A stretch of DNA of 64,000 nucleotides from an uncultured bacterium (GTDB taxonomy: Bacteria > Krumholzibacteriota > Krumholzibacteriia > LZORAL124-64-63): positions 1,792,001 through 1,856,000 of the forward strand of contig CAVSGO010000007.1 in the NCBI GenBank assembly GCA_963727525.1, given 5' to 3'. Numbering within the stretch: position 1 is the first letter of the stretch; each line of letters starts with the position of its first letter. Positions 9,113 through 18,274 of this stretch are shown here, in pieces. Both the position numbers and the translations under genes were made by a program. Below the pieces are notes generated by a model. That model was not told the DNA's origin, searched no databases, and saw only the letters and a list, made by a program, of their open reading frames with translations.

Positions 9113-10081
9113 ATGTCCGAGAAGAAGGTCATTGCCGTCGTCGGAGCCACGGGCATGCAAGGCGGCGGGCTCGTCCGCGCCATCCACGCCGATACTGACA
9201 GCGCGTTCACCGCACGCGCCATCACCCGCGATCCGGGCTCCGGGAAGGCGCAGGCGCTCGCGCGACTGGGCGCCGAAGTCGTGGGCGCCGACGTCGACGA
9301 CGAGGCCAGCCTCGCCCGCGCTTTCGCCGGCGCCCACGGCGCCTACTGCGTGACGTTCTACTGGGAGCACTTCTCGCCGGACAAGGAGAAGGCCCACGCC
9401 GGCAACATGGCGCGGGCCGCGAAAGCCGCGGGTGTCGACCACGTGATCTGGTCGACCCTCGAGGACACGCGCCGGTGGATCCCCCTCTCCGACGACCGTA
9501 TGCCCACGCTCATGGGCGCGTACAAGACGCCGCACTTCGATGCCAAGGGCGAGTCGGACCAGGTCTTCAAGGACCTCGATCTCCCCGTCACGTGTTTGCT
9601 GACGGCGTTCTACTGGGACAACCTCATCCATTTCGGCATGGCGCCGCAGCCGGGACCCGACGGGCAACTCCTCTTCACGCTGCCGATGGGCGACGCGAAG
9701 CTGCCGGGCATCGCCGCCGAGGACATCGGACGCTGCGCGTACGGCGTCTTCCGGAGCGGGAACGAGCTGGTGCGCAAGACGGTGGGCATCGCCGGCGAGC
9801 ACCTCACGGGTGCGGAGATGGCCGCCGCCCTCGCGCGGGTGCTGGGTCGCGACGTGCGCTACAACGCCGTGTCGCCGGAGGTGTACCGCGGCTTCGGATT
9901 TCCCGGCGCCGACGACCTGGGCAACATGTTCCAGTTCAAGCACGACTTCACCGAGTATTACTGCGGCGCGCGCGACATCGCCTTCTCGCGCACGCTGAAT
10001 CCGCAGTTGCAGACCTTCGCCGGCTGGCTCGAGGCCCATCGCGAGCAGATCGCGCTGGCGGCCCGTAGCGCCAGCGCGTGA
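9113..10081 (+). CDS. NmrA/HSCARG-family NAD(P)-binding protein
   Basis: VVGATGMQGG, HVIWSTL, PHFDAK; GGAGG RBS before ATG 9113. Confidence 0.9.
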   Translation: MSEKKVIAVVGATGMQGGGLVRAIHADTDSAFTARAITRDPGSGKAQALARLGAEVVGADVDDEASLARAFAGAHGAYCVTFYWEHFSPDKEKAHAGNMARAAKAAGVDHVIWSTLEDTRRWIPLSDDRMPTLMGAYKTPHFDAKGESDQVFKDLDLPVTCLLTAFYWDNLIHFGMAPQPGPDGQLLFTLPMGDAKLPGIAAEDIGRCAYGVFRSGNELVRKTVGIAGEHLTGAEMAAALARVLGRDVRYNAVSPEVYRGFGFPGADDLGNMFQFKHDFTEYYCGARDIAFSRTLNPQLQTFAGWLEAHREQIALAARSASA

Positions 10082-10211
10082 GCAACGGGCCGCGATTGAC
10101 TCGGAGCGCATGACTTTCTATCATGGGTTCGCGGCCGTCCGCGGCGCCCGCCGGGTGCCGCGCGCGTTCCCGTTAGCCCGCTTCCAAGCGATCCGCGCCG
10201 AAGGAGAACCC

Positions 10212-10994
10212 ATGAAGATCGCCGTCTGCGTGAAGCAGGTCCCCGATTCGGAAACCCGGATCAACCTGTCCGCGCCTGCCCCGACCCTGGATCAGTCGAG
10301 CTTCACGCGCATCGTCAACCCGTACGATCAGTACGCGGTCGAGGAAGCCGTGCGGATCAAGGAAAAGCTCGGCAACGTCGAGGTGACCGCCATCACCGTC
10401 GGCCCGCAGGACAAGGTCCGCGAGATGCTCAAGAAGGACTGCCTGGCCATCGGCTGCGACAAGGCCATCATCGTGTCCGACCCGGCTCTCGACGGCGCCG
10501 ACGGATTCGCCATCGCCCAGACGCTGGCCGCGGTGCTGGGGCGCGACGAGTACGACCTCGTCCTCTTCGGCATCAAGGCCATCGACGACGACAGCAGCCA
10601 GGTGGGCGTGATGGTGGCCGAGCTGCTCGGTCTGCCCCATGTGGGCTACATCGGCAAGCTCGACCTGCAGGCCACATCGCTCACCGCGCAGCGCGAGATC
10701 GAGGGAGGCAAAGAGATCGTCGAGAGCCCGCTGCCCGCGGTGCTCACCTGCGGCAAGGGTCTGAACGAGCCGCGCCTGCCGAGCCTGCCGAACATCATGA
10801 AGGCCGGCATGAAGCCCGTGGAAGTGCTCGACTGCGCCGGACTGGGCATCCCCGCACCAACCTCGCTCACCGAGGTAACGCAGTACAGCCCGCCGCCGCC
10901 TCGTGGCACCTGCACCATGATTCCGGCCGACGATCCCGTCGCCGCCGCCAAGGAACTCGCGCGCCTGCTCCACGAGGACGCCAAGGTCATCTAG
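10212..10994 (+). CDS. etfB: Electron transfer flavoprotein beta subunit
   Basis: MKIAVCVKQVPD, NPYDQYAVEEA, NEPRLPS; AAGGAG RBS. Confidence 0.95.
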   Translation: MKIAVCVKQVPDSETRINLSAPAPTLDQSSFTRIVNPYDQYAVEEAVRIKEKLGNVEVTAITVGPQDKVREMLKKDCLAIGCDKAIIVSDPALDGADGFAIAQTLAAVLGRDEYDLVLFGIKAIDDDSSQVGVMVAELLGLPHVGYIGKLDLQATSLTAQREIEGGKEIVESPLPAVLTCGKGLNEPRLPSLPNIMKAGMKPVEVLDCAGLGIPAPTSLTEVTQYSPPPPRGTCTMIPADDPVAAAKELARLLHEDAKVI

Positions 10995-11018
10995 ATCTCA
11001 TCGGGAAAGGACGAGACC

Positions 11019-11990
11019 ATGCCGAACATCGCCGTATTCATCGAGCAGCGCGGCGGCGAGATCAAGAAAGTCGCCTGGCAGATGCTCAGCGAGGCGCGGC
11101 GCCTGACCGACCAGCATGGCGGCGAGGTCACCGCGGTGCACCTGCACGCCGCCGACTGCGTGCTCGCCGAGGAGGCGGGCAAGCACGGCGCGCACAAGGT
11201 GGCCATCGGCGCCGACCCCGCCTTCAAGCAGTACGACAATGAAATGTGGACCACGGCGCTCGCCACCTACCTCCAGGCGCACGAGACGGACGTCCTGCTC
11301 CTGGCCGCCACCGCCATGGGCAAGGACCTCGCGCCCCGGCTGGCGGCACGCCTGAAGGCCGCGTGCATCAGCGACGCGATCGGCATCACGTGGGACGGCG
11401 CGGTCACCGTACGGCGTCCCATCTTCGCGGGCAAGTGCTACGCCGACGTGAAGGCGAAGACGAAGCTCGCCGTCGTCGGTATCCGGCCCAACGCATTCGC
11501 GGTGGCCGAGTTCACCACCGCCGCGACGGCCACCACCTTCGATGCCGGGATCGGTGGCACAGCACCGAAGGCCCGTGTCACGTCGGTGGAGGCCAGCGCC
11601 GGCGCCAAGGTCACGCTCACCGAGGCGGAAGTCGTGGTGTCCGGCGGCCGCGGCATCAAGGGCCCGGAGAACTACGTGCTCATCGAGAACCTCGCCAACG
11701 CACTCGGCGCCGCCGCGGGTGCCAGCCGCGCCATCGTCGATGCCGGCTGGATCGACTATCCGCACCAGGTGGGTCAGACGGGCAAGACCGTCGCGCCCAA
11801 TCTGTACGTGGCCTGCGGAATCAGCGGCGCCATCCAGCACCTGGCGGGCATGAGCTCGAGCAAATGCATCGTGGCCATCAACAAGGACGCCAACGCCCCC
11901 ATCTTCAAGGTGGCCGACTACGGCATCGTGGGCGACCTCTTCCAGGTCGTGCCCGCGCTCACGGATGCGGTACACGCGATTCGCAGCTAG
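11019..11990 (+). CDS. etfA: Electron transfer flavoprotein alpha subunit
   Basis: [40 protein letters not shown]. Confidence 0.96.
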   Translation: MPNIAVFIEQRGGEIKKVAWQMLSEARRLTDQHGGEVTAVHLHAADCVLAEEAGKHGAHKVAIGADPAFKQYDNEMWTTALATYLQAHETDVLLLAATAMGKDLAPRLAARLKAACISDAIGITWDGAVTVRRPIFAGKCYADVKAKTKLAVVGIRPNAFAVAEFTTAATATTFDAGIGGTAPKARVTSVEASAGAKVTLTEAEVVVSGGRGIKGPENYVLIENLANALGAAAGASRAIVDAGWIDYPHQVGQTGKTVAPNLYVACGISGAIQHLAGMSSSKCIVAINKDANAPIFKVADYGIVGDLFQVVPALTDAVHAIRS

Positions 11991-12025
11991 CACCCGCGCC
12001 GCAAAGACGTACCACGCGGACCCGT

Positions 12026-12055
12026 GAAGGGCCGCTCCCCCGGGAGCGGCCCTTC
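12026..12055. terminator. Hairpin between convergent etfA and the TPR gene
   Basis: gaagggccgctccc-cc-gggagcggcccttc. Confidence 0.6.
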
Positions 12056-12079
12056 GCGGTCTTGCAACGGTGGGACGCG

Positions 12080-12934
12080 TCAGGGCTGGTCGTTGCCGCG
12101 CAACAGGTCCCAGACTTCCCGTACGTCGACGCCAGCACGCTCCGCCTTCGCGGCATGGCTATAGGCGTCAAGGTAGTTCTGCTGGTGGCCACACGCGACG
12201 GCGAGGTACGCATGGGCCAGCGCGTCCTCCGGGTCCAGCGTCAAGGCCTCGTGGCATGCCTGCTTGGCGGCGTCGTACTGGTGCATGCGGCAGAGCAGCC
12301 CCGCACGGTGGCTGTAGACGGTGGCCAGGTTCGGATCGAGCGCCTGGGCCTGGCCGTAGCTGCCGAAGGCGTCCTTGCTGCGTCCCAGTTTTTCCTGCGT
12401 CTCGCCCAGGGCCACGAGGAGCGGAGCCGTGTCGCCGGCACCCAGGAATTCTCGGCACTGGCGCTCGGCCTCGCGGGCCTGACCCGCGGCCGCAAGGCAC
12501 GTGACCAGCCGGAACTGGGCGTCCCCCGCGCCGGCGTCGCAAGCCAGCGCCGTGCGGAAGCACGCGAGCGCGCTGTCGCGCCAGCCGAGCCGCCAGTACA
12601 CCTCGCCCAGCAATGTGTGTCCGTCGGGGTCGCGACCGTCGAAGCCGAGGGCGGCCTGGGCCGCGCGCTCGGCCACGTCGAGATCACCCGCTCGCAACGC
12701 GCGGTGGCCGATCGAGATGAGCAGCGCGACCGACGGCAATTCCGTCACATCGGGTGCGAGGGAGCGGATCACGCCCACCAGATCCTGATCCGCGCGGGGC
12801 TGGACGGCGTCCCGGGCCGGTGGCCCTGTCGTGTCGACGACATTCGGCGGTGTCGCGGCGACCGCGGTCCCCTGCACCAGCAGGATCACGAGCAGAGTGC
12901 TGCAACATGCAGCCAGGCGAAGATGAGGTGGCAT
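12080..12934 (-). CDS. Secreted tetratricopeptide-repeat protein
   Basis: Hydrophobic signal peptide followed by repeated helical TPR-like units (ALxLDPxxAxA). Confidence 0.75.
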   Translation of the reverse strand: MPPHLRLAACCSTLLVILLVQGTAVAATPPNVVDTTGPPARDAVQPRADQDLVGVIRSLAPDVTELPSVALLISIGHRALRAGDLDVAERAAQAALGFDGRDPDGHTLLGEVYWRLGWRDSALACFRTALACDAGAGDAQFRLVTCLAAAGQAREAERQCREFLGAGDTAPLLVALGETQEKLGRSKDAFGSYGQAQALDPNLATVYSHRAGLLCRMHQYDAAKQACHEALTLDPEDALAHAYLAVACGHQQNYLDAYSHAAKAERAGVDVREVWDLLRGNDQP

Positions 12935-13175
12935 GGAACGACTCCCCTGGTAGCGCCCGGTCGGGCGCGTTGCACGACTGGTGATGTCGAAATCGGGGTG
13001 TTCCAAGAGGCGTGCCACGTCGTGTGCCCTCACGTGAGGAGACTCCGCGGCACCGAGCGGAATTGCGCCGTTTTTTCATCCGATTTGACGAGAGGAAAGT
13101 CAGGCCTCAAGTTTGTCGCCGAATCCGCGAAAACAGGACCACGGCAACCCTCGCTCGCCCCCCGAGGTCGACCAG

Positions 13176-13571
13176 ATGCAAGACGAACGATTTGTCCGCT
13201 GCCCGTGCTGCGAGACGTGGTTCTCGCAGGACGAGGTCCTGACGTCGCCAGAGATCCAGCCCATCGGGATGATGCTCGAGGACACCGATCCCCGCTGGAA
13301 CTTCTTCGTCTTCAACCACGCCGTCGCGGGATGCGGCAGTACGTTCGCGATGAGCGTCGACCTCTTCCGAGCCTGCATCACGGATCCGGTGCCCGAGGTG
13401 ATCTGCACCGGCACCACCGATTGCGAACGCCATTGTACCATGCTCGGGGATCTCGAGATCTGCCGCGTGAACTGCCACTGGGCGCCCTACCGGCGACTCC
13501 TGCAACAGATGCTCGCGACGCGCCGGGCAAACGCGCCGTCGCCAGCGACGATCCCGCCGAGCGAAGCCTGA
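13176..13571 (+). CDS. Small Cys-rich hypothetical protein (putative metal-binding)
   Basis: 131 aa with 10 Cys: CPCC...H-x4-C and Cx3Cx8Cx3C; GAGG RBS upstream. Confidence 0.65.
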   Translation: MQDERFVRCPCCETWFSQDEVLTSPEIQPIGMMLEDTDPRWNFFVFNHAVAGCGSTFAMSVDLFRACITDPVPEVICTGTTDCERHCTMLGDLEICRVNCHWAPYRRLLQQMLATRRANAPSPATIPPSEA

Positions 13572-13581
13572 CGACGGTCGC

Positions 13582-14658
13582 TCAATCCGCCGCGCGTCGC
13601 GCCCCCACGGGCTTGCCGGCCAGACGGGCCTCGGTCTCGGCAATGGCCTCGTCGGCATCGGCGACGATCTCGGCGAGGATCTCGCGCAGCGGTTGCACGC
13701 GACGGCAGAGCCCCACCGACTGACCGGCCATGAGCGAGCCGGTCTCCACGTTGCCCTCGACGGCGGCCTCGCGCAGGCTGCCAACCCAGTAGTGCTCCAC
13801 CTCGTACTGCGCATCCTGCCGGTTCAGCTCGCCCGCCTGCAGCCTCCCGAGCAGCTCGAGCTGCAGCGTGCCGAAATGCTCCATGGCCGGATTGTTGAGC
13901 GCGCGCACGGCCACCACCGGCAGCTTGCTGCTGTACTGGGGCGTGGAGATGGCCTCGCGAGCACGGGCCTTGATGAAGATCTCCTTGAAGCGCGGATGCG
14001 CCCGGCATTCCTCGGCCATCACGAAGCGCGTGCCCATCTGGGCGCCCGCGGCCCCCATCAAACCGAGATGCCCGATCAACTTGCCGGTCGCGATGCCGCC
14101 GGCGACGAAGATCGGCACTTCTTCGCCGAACTGGAAGAGGATCTCCTGCAGCAGGACCACCGTGGACACGTGGCCGATATGACCGCCCGCCTCACTGCCC
14201 TCCAGGATGAGTCCGTCGGCGCCGTAGTCCAGCATGCGCTTGGCGATCGTGTCGGTCGAGGCGAAGCACAGCACCTTGGCGCCACTCCTCTTGGCCTTCC
14301 CCACCTCGCTCTCGCGCGGGATCGAGCCGGCGAAGACGATGTGCGTGACACGGGCGTTGCACAGGATCTCGAGATGGGCCTGGTAATTGGGGGCGATGGT
14401 GATGAGGTTGCCAGCGAAGGGACGGTCGGTCATCGCCCGGGTCTGCTCCACGTACTCGGCGAAGGTCGCGGGGGGCATGTTGCCGGCAGCGAGGCACCCG
14501 AAGGCTCCGTGGTTGCTCATCAGCGACACCAGGTGCGGTTCGCTGATCCAGGTCATGGCACCGCACATGAGGGGCAGCTCGCTGCCCAGGAACTCCCGGC
14601 CGCGCGCAAAGACGCGGTCCAGGCGCGGAGTCGACTGCACGGGATCATACGAACTCAT
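13582..14658 (-). CDS. Nitronate monooxygenase / FabK-like FMN-dependent oxidoreductase
   Basis: GAMTWIS, EGSEAGGHIG, VAGGIATG, GAQMGTRF, GSLMAGQSVG. Confidence 0.85.
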   Translation of the reverse strand: MSSYDPVQSTPRLDRVFARGREFLGSELPLMCGAMTWISEPHLVSLMSNHGAFGCLAAGNMPPATFAEYVEQTRAMTDRPFAGNLITIAPNYQAHLEILCNARVTHIVFAGSIPRESEVGKAKRSGAKVLCFASTDTIAKRMLDYGADGLILEGSEAGGHIGHVSTVVLLQEILFQFGEEVPIFVAGGIATGKLIGHLGLMGAAGAQMGTRFVMAEECRAHPRFKEIFIKARAREAISTPQYSSKLPVVAVRALNNPAMEHFGTLQLELLGRLQAGELNRQDAQYEVEHYWVGSLREAAVEGNVETGSLMAGQSVGLCRRVQPLREILAEIVADADEAIAETEARLAGKPVGARRAAD

Positions 14659-14737
14659 CACACGCTCCTCGCGACCAACGGTTCCCGGGGTGAACACCCG
14701 CACACGATAATCGCGCGGACGGCGGCGGCCAGTGGGA

Positions 14738-16240
14738 TCAGGCCTCCGCGGTGAGGCCCGGCGGGCCGGGATAGTAGTCCTCGAGAACCGGGAAGTCGTC
14801 GAGACTGCGGTGCAACGCCGCCTCCAGGAAGGCGTTGACCCACCAGAAGACGTCCTGCCGGCGTACCGACTGGCGCAGGCGGCGCATGCGCCGGCGCCGC
14901 TCATCGGACGGCATGATGCAGGCGTCATGGATGGCCGTGGCCATGCCCTCGATATCGTGGGGATTCACCACGATGACATGGCGGTGGAGCTGGGCCGTGG
15001 CCCCGGCGAACTCGCTGAGCACGAGTGCGCCCTGCTCGTCGTGGTCGGCGGCGATGTACTCCTTGGCCACCAGGTTCATGCCGTCCTTCCAGGGCGTGAC
15101 GAGCATGACCTCGGCGGTGCGGTAGTACGCCAGGAGCTGGGTGCGTTCGATGCTCCTGTACATGTAGTGCAACGGCACCCAGCCGGGCCGCGTGAACTCG
15201 CCGTTGATCTTCCCGACGAGGCGATCCAGTTCCTCCTTCAGGTTGCTGTAATGCGGAATGTCCCAGCGGCTCGGCACCACCACCTGCACCAGCGTCACCC
15301 TCCCCTGCAAGTCGGGGTACCGGCGCAGCGCCGCCCGGTAGGCACGCAGCTTGTCCGGCAGCCCCTTCGTGTAGTCGAGACGATCGACGCCGAGAATGAT
15401 CTGACGGTCGGGAAAGTTCTCGTGCACGTACCAGGCCTGTTCCGCCACGGCATCGCTGGCCGAATCGCGGGCGAAGGCGGCGTAGTCGATGCTGATGGGA
15501 AAGACCCCGACCTGGATGTCGCGATTGCGAAAATTGATGGTGGTTCCCGCGCCCTGGCTGCGCACGACCGTCTCGTCCTTGTAGAGCGCGCGCACGCAGC
15601 CCACGAAGTTACGCCGGTCGCGGCGCGATTGGAAGCCGATGAGGTCGTGCGCCAGCAGATCTGCCAGGACCTGGTGCCGCCACGGCAACTTCAGGAAGAT
15701 GTCGACCGGCGGGAACGGGATGTGCAGGAAGAACCCGAGGCGTTCCTCGATACCCGCCTGGCGCAGATGCGCCGCCACCTGCATGAGGTGGTAGTCGTGA
15801 ATCCAGACGAAGTCGCGCGGACGCAGCCGGTTGATGACGGCCTCGGCAAATCGCGCGTTCACCTCCTTGTAGACCTCCCACGATCGCGGGGCGAAGCGGC
15901 AGAGCACCTGCATGTCGTGGAAGAGCGGCCAGATGATCTCGTTGCTGAAACCGCGGTAGTAGTGCCGCTTCTCGTCGGCGTCGAGGAAGACCGGCACCAG
16001 GTCGTAACCTGTGTTGGGGGTGGATCCGGCGATGGCTTCGCGCAGGGAATCGGTGGGCGGTTCGGTGGTGCCGGGCCAGCCGATCCACAAGCCGCCGCGA
16101 TCGCGCAGCACCGGCGCCAGCGCCGTCACCAGACCGCCACTGCCCGGCGCGATGCGCCAGTTGTCCTTGGTGCGCTCCATGATGATGGGCAGCCGGTTGG
16201 AGACGATGACGAGTCGGGTCGTGGTCGGATCACTATCCAT
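14738..16240 (-). CDS. otsA: Trehalose-6-phosphate synthase (GT20)
   Basis: VSNRLP, GGLVTAL, WIGWPG, WIHDYHL, FFLHIPFP, GVDRLDYTKG, DGMNLVAKEY. Confidence 0.95.
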   Translation of the reverse strand: MDSDPTTTRLVIVSNRLPIIMERTKDNWRIAPGSGGLVTALAPVLRDRGGLWIGWPGTTEPPTDSLREAIAGSTPNTGYDLVPVFLDADEKRHYYRGFSNEIIWPLFHDMQVLCRFAPRSWEVYKEVNARFAEAVINRLRPRDFVWIHDYHLMQVAAHLRQAGIEERLGFFLHIPFPPVDIFLKLPWRHQVLADLLAHDLIGFQSRRDRRNFVGCVRALYKDETVVRSQGAGTTINFRNRDIQVGVFPISIDYAAFARDSASDAVAEQAWYVHENFPDRQIILGVDRLDYTKGLPDKLRAYRAALRRYPDLQGRVTLVQVVVPSRWDIPHYSNLKEELDRLVGKINGEFTRPGWVPLHYMYRSIERTQLLAYYRTAEVMLVTPWKDGMNLVAKEYIAADHDEQGALVLSEFAGATAQLHRHVIVVNPHDIEGMATAIHDACIMPSDERRRRMRRLRQSVRRQDVFWWVNAFLEAALHRSLDDFPVLEDYYPGPPGLTAEA

Positions 16241-17481
16241 TACGCCACCTCGATGCGGCCGTCGAGCCCGTGGAGCAGACCATGGATCAACGTCAGATAC
16301 TCCACCAGGTGCCGCGTGAGCAGGAAGTTCTCGCGGATGAAGGCGTGTGCCTTGCGTCCCATAGCCATGCGCAGGTCCGGGTGGGACAGGAGATACCGGA
16401 TACGCAGCGACGCGCCTTCGGGCGTGTCGACCAGGAATCCGGTATGATGATTGGCGATTTGCAGGCGAATGCCGCCGGTGTTGCCGCCCAGCACCGGCTT
16501 GCCCTTCCACAACGCCTCGGTGACGGTGAGGCCGAAGCCCTCGCGTATCGACTTCTGCAGGACGATGTCGCTGAGCCGCTGCAAGGCATTGATCGTGCGA
16601 TGCGCGTCAGCGGGCAACAGCAGGATCCGCACGTCTTCGTCGTCGCCAGCCACCGCCTGCACTTCCTGCAGCACCGCCGCGCCCTCGGGATCATCGGTGG
16701 CCTCGCCTCCAGCCAGCACGAGTTGTAGAGACGGTACGTAACGTTTGGCAAGCTGGTAGGCGCGGACCACACCGACCGGATCCTTGAAACGATCGAAGCG
16801 GCTGATCTGCGTCAACAGGAACTTCTGCGGGTCGAGGTTGAAGCGCTGGCGCACCGACTCCATCTCGGCCGACTCGAGGTCCACGTTCTTGTCGCTCAGC
16901 GGATCGATGCTCGGCGGGATGAGGAACTGCGGATGCGGCAGGCGCTGAGTGAAATCGGGCAGCGAGAAGATGCTCGCGTCATAAGGTGCCACGTGCTTGC
17001 GCAGGTACTTCCATACCGGGCGGTACGGTCGGCTGGCGTCGATATGGCATCGCCACACCCACTTGCCCTTGCGCTCGGGAATGAGCCCCAGCAGCGGGGC
17101 CGGTTGCGGATCGTGGATCACCACCACGTCGGCCTCGCGCAGCGTGTCGCGAAGCATGTCAGCGTTGCGCGCGTTCGTGGACTCGTACGCGTCGATCAGC
17201 TCCTGCGACACCTGCTCGGCATTGCCCTGCAGCCCGTTGTGGAATTTCTTCGTGCAGGCGAAGAAGGGGTCATCGCCGAGGATCACGTCCCAGCGGCAGT
17301 CGAGCCCCAGTTCGTTGCAGAACGGCACCAGCTTGGTGAGGATCTCAGCCACGCCACCGCCCAGGCGCGTGGAATTCACGTGCACGAGGCGCAGGCCGCG
17401 CAGCGGGCGCGCCAGCGCCTGGAGCTGTTCGATGACGTCGGCACCGGCCACGGCGGCGTAACCGTCGAGAAACGCACTCAC
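16240..17481 (-). CDS. treT: TreT-type trehalose glycosyltransferring synthase (GT4)
   Basis: HVNST..GGGVAE, IHDPQP, WRCHID, SRFDRFKDP, EGFGLTVTEALWK. Confidence 0.85.
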   Translation of the reverse strand: MSAFLDGYAAVAGADVIEQLQALARPLRGLRLVHVNSTRLGGGVAEILTKLVPFCNELGLDCRWDVILGDDPFFACTKKFHNGLQGNAEQVSQELIDAYESTNARNADMLRDTLREADVVVIHDPQPAPLLGLIPERKGKWVWRCHIDASRPYRPVWKYLRKHVAPYDASIFSLPDFTQRLPHPQFLIPPSIDPLSDKNVDLESAEMESVRQRFNLDPQKFLLTQISRFDRFKDPVGVVRAYQLAKRYVPSLQLVLAGGEATDDPEGAAVLQEVQAVAGDDEDVRILLLPADAHRTINALQRLSDIVLQKSIREGFGLTVTEALWKGKPVLGGNTGGIRLQIANHHTGFLVDTPEGASLRIRYLLSHPDLRMAMGRKAHAFIRENFLLTRHLVEYLTLIHGLLHGLDGRIEVA

Positions 17482-18152
17482 GACGCCTCCTTCCAGTCGT
17501 ACTCGCGCACCATGGCGAGCACCTGCTGCTTGAGCTGGGCCAGCGTGCCCTGCAGCGGATCGACGTCGCCCAGCAGATCCGAGAGCATGCGGAAGCGCTC
17601 GCCGTACCCGTCGAGCCAGTTGCGGAGATCGTCGCGGCCGTCGGCATTACGGCGGCGGGCGTCGATGAAGTGGTAGAAGACGCTGCCGCGGCTGAAGTGC
17701 ACGAGCGCGTTCGGCAACTCGCGCGGATGGGCCACGCGGCGGCCCGCAGGAAACACCACCATCTGCGCGTCGAGGACGTGGAATTGCTCGTCGCGACGGG
17801 CCCAGGGCACCGTCTCCATCTCGTCGAGCCGGTCCTCGCAGATGTCCACGAGGTCGGTGCGCAGGTCCTCGAGATCGTCGTAGTCGGTGGGATCGACCAC
17901 GCCGAGCCGCTCGGCCAGCACGTCGTCGTGCAGACCGTGCCGCACCCAGGTGGCGAAGTCGTTGAAGAACTCGGGATCGTCGAAGCGCGGGCGCAGCATA
18001 CCGCCCCAGAAGTGGTGGTAGATGCTGCCGTGATCGGCGGTCAGAAACGCATCGCGCAGTTCGCGCAGGTTCTGCACGCTGCGCCCGGTGGCGCGCGGCA
18101 GCACGGCGCAGTCCATCACGTGGAACGGATCGGGAACGACTCCCGGCTCCAT
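17478..18152 (-). CDS. DUF5752-like protein, the usual TreT partner
   Basis: Duplicated SIYHHF/SVFYHF motifs with NDFATW/DDLRNW; translationally coupled to treT. Confidence 0.75.
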   Translation of the reverse strand: MEPGVVPDPFHVMDCAVLPRATGRSVQNLRELRDAFLTADHGSIYHHFWGGMLRPRFDDPEFFNDFATWVRHGLHDDVLAERLGVVDPTDYDDLEDLRTDLVDICEDRLDEMETVPWARRDEQFHVLDAQMVVFPAGRRVAHPRELPNALVHFSRGSVFYHFIDARRRNADGRDDLRNWLDGYGERFRMLSDLLGDVDPLQGTLAQLKQQVLAMVREYDWKEAS

Positions 18153-18274
18153 GGCGCTCCTTCCCCTGCTCTGCGGCAACCGGTATTTCTCTAACAAAAA
18201 TTTATCAAAGACATGCAAAAGTTAGGCCAAACCCCCGCGGTCGGCCACCTCGACAGGTCGCGGGGCTTGCCGGC

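Noticed and set aside
11246-13723. 825-aa ORF, and similar Arg/Pro/Ala-rich long ORFs such as 14732-16447, 31670-33484, 43240-45075 and 46267-47763
   Set aside because: They are alternative-frame or antisense shadows of well-supported genes and contain no recognisable motifs.
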